Positions 60,049-64,000 of a stretch of DNA of 64,000 bases are shown here, in pieces. Position numbers and translations under genes: made by a program. This DNA is from Burkholderiales bacterium. Lineage in GTDB: Bacteria; Pseudomonadota; Gammaproteobacteria; Burkholderiales; JAHFRG01. The notes beneath the pieces were generated by a model. It ran no database searches and was not told the origin of the DNA. It saw nothing but the letters and a program-made list of their open reading frames with translations. Within the stretch, counting starts at the first letter, position 1, and every line of letters starts with the position of its first letter. The DNA is taken from contig DASZZH010000026.1 in assembly GCA_035543335.1 (NCBI GenBank), positions 15,508-79,507 on the forward strand. Reading direction: 5' to 3'.

Positions 60049-61755
60049 TTAAAGGTCTTCCGCCAGGATCATTTCGGAAATGCCCTTGCCGGCGGCCACC
60101 ATCGGGTAGACATTTTCCGACTGGTCGGTGATGAAATCCATGAACACCAGGTCATCCTTGCGCCTGAACGCTTCCTTGAGCGCCGGCTCGACATCGGAAG
60201 GCTTCTCGATTTTCATGCCGACATGGCCGTAGCTCTCGGCGAGCTTTACAAAATCAGGAAGCGCATCCATGTAGGATTCCGAGTAGCGGTTGCCGTGGAA
60301 AAACTGCTGCCATTGCCGCACCATGCCCATGTAGCGGTTATTGACGTTCACGACTTTGATCGGGAGCCGGTACTGCTTGCAGGTGGAAAGCTCCTGGATG
60401 CACATCTGGATGCTGGCTTCTCCGGTGACGCACGCCACCGTCGCTCCGGCATTGGCAAGCTGCGCGCCCATCGCCGCGGGCAGGCCGAAACCCATGGTGC
60501 CCAGCCCGCCGGAATTGATCCAGCGCTTGGGCTTGTCGAACTTGTAAAACTGCGCGGCCCACATCTGGTGCTGGCCGACGTCCGAAGTCACAAACGCCTC
60601 TCCCTTGGTAACTTCATAAAGTTTTTCCAGCACGAACTGTGGCTTGATGATGGCGCTGGCGCGGTCGTATTTCAGGCAGTCCCTGGATTTCCACTGCTGG
60701 ATCTGCGCCCACCAGGCCTTGATCGCCGCGGCATCCGGCCGCTCTTTCGAGGTTTCGAGCAGCTTGGTCATTTCCTCGAGCACGTCTTTGACGTTGCCGA
60801 CGATCGGCACGTCCACTTTCACGCGCTTGGAAATCGAGGAAGGATCGATGTCGATGTGGACAATTCGGCGGTTGGGATCGTAGAAATGCTTGGGGTTGCC
60901 GATCACGCGGTCGTCGAAGCGCGCGCCGATCGCGAGCAGCACGTCGCAATGCTGCATCGCCATGTTGGCCTCATAGGTACCGTGCATGCCCAGCATGCCG
61001 ACAAACAGCGGGTCGGTCGCCGGATAACCGCCCAAGCCCATCAGCGTATTAGTGCAGGGGAACCCGAGCAGGCGCACCAGGCGCGTCAATTCCTTGGCGG
61101 CATCGTTGAGAATCACCCCGCCGCCGGTATAGATCATCGGGCGCTTGGCTTCCATCAGCAGCTGCACCGCTTTCTTGATCTGCCCGGAATGCCCCTTGGT
61201 CACCGGTTTGTAGGAGCGCATGCTGACGGTTTCCGGGTACTCAAACTCACATTTGTGCTGCGTCACATCCTTCGGGATATCCACCAGCACCGGGCCGGGG
61301 CGACCGGTGGTGGCGAGGTAAAATGCCTTTTTGATGGTGACGGCCAGGTTTTTCACGTCCTTCACCAGGAAATTGTGCTTGACGCAGGGACGGGTGATGC
61401 CCACAGTGTCGCATTCCTGGAATGCGTCGAGCCCGATGGCGTGAGTCGGCACCTGGCCGGTGATAATGATCAGGGGGATCGAATCCATGTAGGCGGTGGC
61501 AATGCCGGTCACCGCATTGGTCACGCCGGGACCGGACGTGACGAGACACACCCCGATTTTATTGGAGGAACGGGAATAGCCGTCGGCGGCATGCACCGCA
61601 CCCTGCTCATGCCGCACCAGGATATGCTTGACCTTGTCCTGCTTGAAGAGCTCGTCGTATATAAACAGCACCGCGCCGCCGGGGTAGCCGAAAATATGCT
61701 CGATCTTTTCTTCCTGCAGGCAACGCACTACAATCTCTGCGCCCGTCAGTTCCAT
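60049..61755 (-). CDS. ilvI: acetolactate synthase large subunit (biosynthetic)
   Basis: 568 aa with a ThDP motif (GGLGTMGFGLPAAMG). Confidence 0.95.
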   Translation of the reverse strand: MELTGAEIVVRCLQEEKIEHIFGYPGGAVLFIYDELFKQDKVKHILVRHEQGAVHAADGYSRSSNKIGVCLVTSGPGVTNAVTGIATAYMDSIPLIIITGQVPTHAIGLDAFQECDTVGITRPCVKHNFLVKDVKNLAVTIKKAFYLATTGRPGPVLVDIPKDVTQHKCEFEYPETVSMRSYKPVTKGHSGQIKKAVQLLMEAKRPMIYTGGGVILNDAAKELTRLVRLLGFPCTNTLMGLGGYPATDPLFVGMLGMHGTYEANMAMQHCDVLLAIGARFDDRVIGNPKHFYDPNRRIVHIDIDPSSISKRVKVDVPIVGNVKDVLEEMTKLLETSKERPDAAAIKAWWAQIQQWKSRDCLKYDRASAIIKPQFVLEKLYEVTKGEAFVTSDVGQHQMWAAQFYKFDKPKRWINSGGLGTMGFGLPAAMGAQLANAGATVACVTGEASIQMCIQELSTCKQYRLPIKVVNVNNRYMGMVRQWQQFFHGNRYSESYMDALPDFVKLAESYGHVGMKIEKPSDVEPALKEAFRRKDDLVFMDFITDQSENVYPMVAAGKGISEMILAEDL

Positions 61756-61892
61756 CGCCTTAAGCCGCTAAATAACTTGAAGAATCTTAAACACTACCGT
61801 GTAGCCGATTTTTGGTCAAGTGCAAAATGCCCGCGACGGCGCGATTGGCGCACTGCAGGCTGCGCTCACCTCTTCTCGCAAGGTTGAATTAA

Positions 61893-62459
61893 CTGGCTAC
61901 CTATCAGGAACTCTCCGATTTTCTGGCGGAAGTGGAACGCCGCGCTTTCAAGCAGGCGCTGTTCGCGGTGCGCGACGAAGAAGCCGCGCTCGACATTGTC
62001 CAGGACTCGATGCTGAAGCTTGCGGAAAAATACGCCGGCAAGCCGCCGGCGGAATTGCCGATGTTGTTCCAGCGCATCCTGCAAAACACCATCCGCGACT
62101 ACTACCGCCGGCAAAAAGTCCGGAATCTCTGGACCACCCTGGTATCCGCCCTCACTCCGGGCGATGCGGACGAGGAGCACGATCCCCTCGAAACCCTGCG
62201 CCCGGCTGACAGTTCGAACGAGGGGAGAGGCCCCTTGGAACGGCTTGAACAGGGGCAAACCGTTGCTATTATTGAACAAGCGCTGGAGACTCTGCCAGCG
62301 CGTCAACGCCAGGCGTTTCTCCTGCGTTATTGGGAAGATATGGATGTCGCCGAGACTGCCGCCGTCATGGGTTGTTCGGAAGGCAGCGTTAAAACGCATT
62401 GTTCCAGGGCCACCCACACCCTGGCCGCAATCTTGAAGCAACGAGGAGTGGAATTATGA
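61893..62459 (+). CDS. ECF-type sigma-70 family sigma factor
   Basis: It has region 2 (DIVQDSMLKL, FQRILQNTIRDYYR) and a region 4 HTH. The conserved N-terminal ELSDFLAEVE lies upstream of the first canonical start (GTG 61932) and follows CTG 61893 directly after a TAA. Confidence 0.75.
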   Translation: MATYQELSDFLAEVERRAFKQALFAVRDEEAALDIVQDSMLKLAEKYAGKPPAELPMLFQRILQNTIRDYYRRQKVRNLWTTLVSALTPGDADEEHDPLETLRPADSSNEGRGPLERLEQGQTVAIIEQALETLPARQRQAFLLRYWEDMDVAETAAVMGCSEGSVKTHCSRATHTLAAILKQRGVEL

Positions 62460-62815
62460 ACGAACAAGAATTGGGCAGCCAAATCGCCCGCCATCTGGAG
62501 CGCGGGGTGGACCAACTCAAGCCGGGCATGCTCTACCGCTTACAGTCTGCACGCCGCAACGCACTGGAAAAATACCATCCCAAAGCCTCGGGCTGGGCGT
62601 GGGGCGGTTCTGTTTCCTGGTCTGGCTCGATGCTGAGCGTGAAGTTTCTGCTGCCGCTCGCGGTGCTGTTGGCCGGCCTGGGCGGAGCAATTTACTGGCA
62701 AAATCTGCAGCAAAGCAGCGATTTTGCGGAAATCGACTTGCATCTGCTGACCGACGACCTACCAATCAACGCTTATCTCGACAAGGACTTTGAGGCATGG
62801 CTAAATCGCTCTTAA
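62456..62815 (+). CDS. DUF3619 family protein
   Basis: 119 aa. It shows an ATGA overlap with the sigma stop and occupies the conserved position after this sigma factor. Confidence 0.7.
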   Translation: MNEQELGSQIARHLERGVDQLKPGMLYRLQSARRNALEKYHPKASGWAWGGSVSWSGSMLSVKFLLPLAVLLAGLGGAIYWQNLQQSSDFAEIDLHLLTDDLPINAYLDKDFEAWLNRS

Positions 62816-63234
62816 CAGTGATACTGCTATGCTTCTTCTCCACCGCTTTTGCCGCGCCCGCTGGCACCAAAGCACCCGCCTGGACGGAGCTCACGCCCCA
62901 GCAAAAGCAGATTCTTGCCCCGCTCGAACCGGAGTGGAACAATATGGAACCGCAGCGGCGCAAGAAATGGATTGGAATCGCCGAGCGCTACCCGAAAATG
63001 ACCCCGGAACAGCAGCAGCGGCTGCAGCTGCGCATGCGCGAATGGGCGAAACTCACGCCGCAGGAACGTCAGCAGGCGCGCGAGAAATTCAAGAACATGA
63101 AGCAGCTACCCCCGGAAAAGCGGCAGGAAATCAAGAAAAAATGGCACCAATACCAGGAAGAGCGTAATCGCCAAACAGCGCCTCAAGCGCCTGCCGACAC
63201 ACCTGCCCCTTTTGCCCCCCAGCCTGCGCGTTAA
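62797..63234 (+). CDS. DUF3106 domain protein
   Basis: It has a signal peptide and repeated W...LTPEQ(Q/R) motifs. Confidence 0.7.
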   Translation: MAKSLLTVILLCFFSTAFAAPAGTKAPAWTELTPQQKQILAPLEPEWNNMEPQRRKKWIGIAERYPKMTPEQQQRLQLRMREWAKLTPQERQQAREKFKNMKQLPPEKRQEIKKKWHQYQEERNRQTAPQAPADTPAPFAPQPAR

Positions 63235-63247
63235 GTCGGGCTTTCCT

Positions 63248-63664
63248 TTGCCGGATACTTTCCCTGCCGCCAGCCTGCGCCGCCGCCTGGCCAGCCTCTT
63301 CTATGAAGCGTTGCTCCTGGCTGCGGTGCTGTGGGCGGCGGGCGCCCTGTTCACCCTGATCGTGCCTGACGCAACCCCCTTTTTGCCGCAAGCGCTGCTG
63401 CGAGCTTTTTTGCTGGCAGTGGCTTTCGCTTATTTCGCCTGGTGCTGGACGCGCGGGGGGCAAACACTGGCGATGAAAATCTGGCGCATCCGGGTATTGA
63501 GCGCAAGCGGCCTGCCGCTTACACTGAGGCAAGCATTACTGCGCTTTGTGCTGGCGGTTTTGGGAATCGGCCTGGCGGGATGTGGATTGCTCTGAGCTTG
63601 GTTCGACCGCGACCGCCAGTTTCTGCACGACCGGCTGGCGGGAACAAGAATAGTTAAGAGTTAA
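63248..63664 (+). pseudogene. RDD family membrane protein with an in-frame TGA
   Basis: The ORF stops at TGA 63593-63595. The same frame continues AWFDRDRQFLHDRLAGTRIVKS, which is the conserved RDD-family C-terminus, to TAA 63662-63664. The suggested start is TTG 63248. Confidence 0.7.
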
Positions 63665-63753
63665 GAGTTGAGAGTTGAGAGCAAACCCAACATCCAGGCT
63701 TCGCCTTAACTGTTCACTGTTCACTCTTCACTGTTTGCTTTTCACTCTTCACC
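63653..63753. repeat. heptamer-tandem hairpin, copy 3
   Basis: 2x GTTAAGA and 2x GTTGAGA (63653-63681) face CTTAACT, 2x GTTCACT and CTTCACT (63705-63733), plus TTCACTCTTCACC (63741-63753). Confidence 0.65.
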
Positions 63754-64000
63754 GCCTTTCGACCCACCACAGCATCGCCATCCCGCCCGCGAGAAACAGC
63801 AGCGTCGGGGCCATTGCCGAAACGAACGGCGGCCAGTCATTCAACAAACCCAGGTGAGCGAACAGCTTGTTCAAAAAATGAAAGCCCAGGCCGAGCATGA
63901 TGCCGGCGAAAATCCTGGCGCTGATGCCGCCGGTGCGCCGCTGGTACTGGGCAAACGGCAGCGCCAGCACCATCATCACTAGCGCCGCCAGCGGGTAAGT
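63749..64000 (-). CDS. lptG: LPS export ABC permease LptG, 3' part (start lies beyond the right edge)
   Basis: The C-terminal sequence ...FAQYQRRTGGISARIFAGIMLGLGFHFLNKLF...LWWVERR is typical of LptG. Confidence 0.8.
   Translation of the reverse strand, partial: TYPLAALVMMVLALPFAQYQRRTGGISARIFAGIMLGLGFHFLNKLFAHLGLLNDWPPFVSAMAPTLLFLAGGMAMLWWVERR

Noticed and set aside
59986-61887. A 633-aa ORF on the plus strand covering the whole ilvI region.
   Set aside because: It is exactly antisense to a well-supported acetolactate synthase gene. Its composition is low-complexity and rich in Arg, Gly, His and Ala, and it has no motifs. It is a typical shadow ORF of a GC-rich gene.
61756-61892. A branched-chain amino acid leader peptide upstream of ilvI.
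   Set aside because: The only small ORF on the minus strand (VSAACSAPIAPSRAFCT) has no Ile, Leu or Val enrichment, and no terminator-like structure follows it.

Overview
The window looks like a chromosomal segment of a GC-rich betaproteobacterium. Conserved gene blocks support this: ilvI-ilvH-ilvC-psd-pssA-leuA, rplU-rpmA-obg-proB, nrdAB, PP0621-pilS-pilR, and ECF sigma/DUF3619/DUF3106/RDD. The species cannot be named from sequence alone. Most of the window is housekeeping: branched-chain amino acid synthesis, ribonucleotide reductase, ribosomal proteins, proS, pgi, thiolase plus phasin, envelope and LPS functions, and one tRNA-Pro(CGG). There are no rRNA genes, CRISPR arrays, integrases or transposases. 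Four things stand out. (1) An accessory island at about 50.07-54.96 kb lies between a HugZ-like gene and leuA. It carries a HEPN-like/Mrr-type/HNH-like nuclease cluster, a higA antitoxin beside a decayed higB, a small 2-TM protein, and large composite repeats. (2) Apparent coding lesions are unusually dense: two in-frame TGA codons at expected Trp positions, several frameshifts, one run-on ORF, and non-canonical starts. (3) Several dispersed repeat families occur, including MITE-like elements and hairpins built from tandem heptamers. (4) Candidate regulatory sites include an NrdR box, a Fur-family-type operator upstream of a rubrerythrin operon, and a Leu-rich leader ORF upstream of leuA. All protein calls come from reading the supplied translations and recalling family motifs. 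No database search was run.
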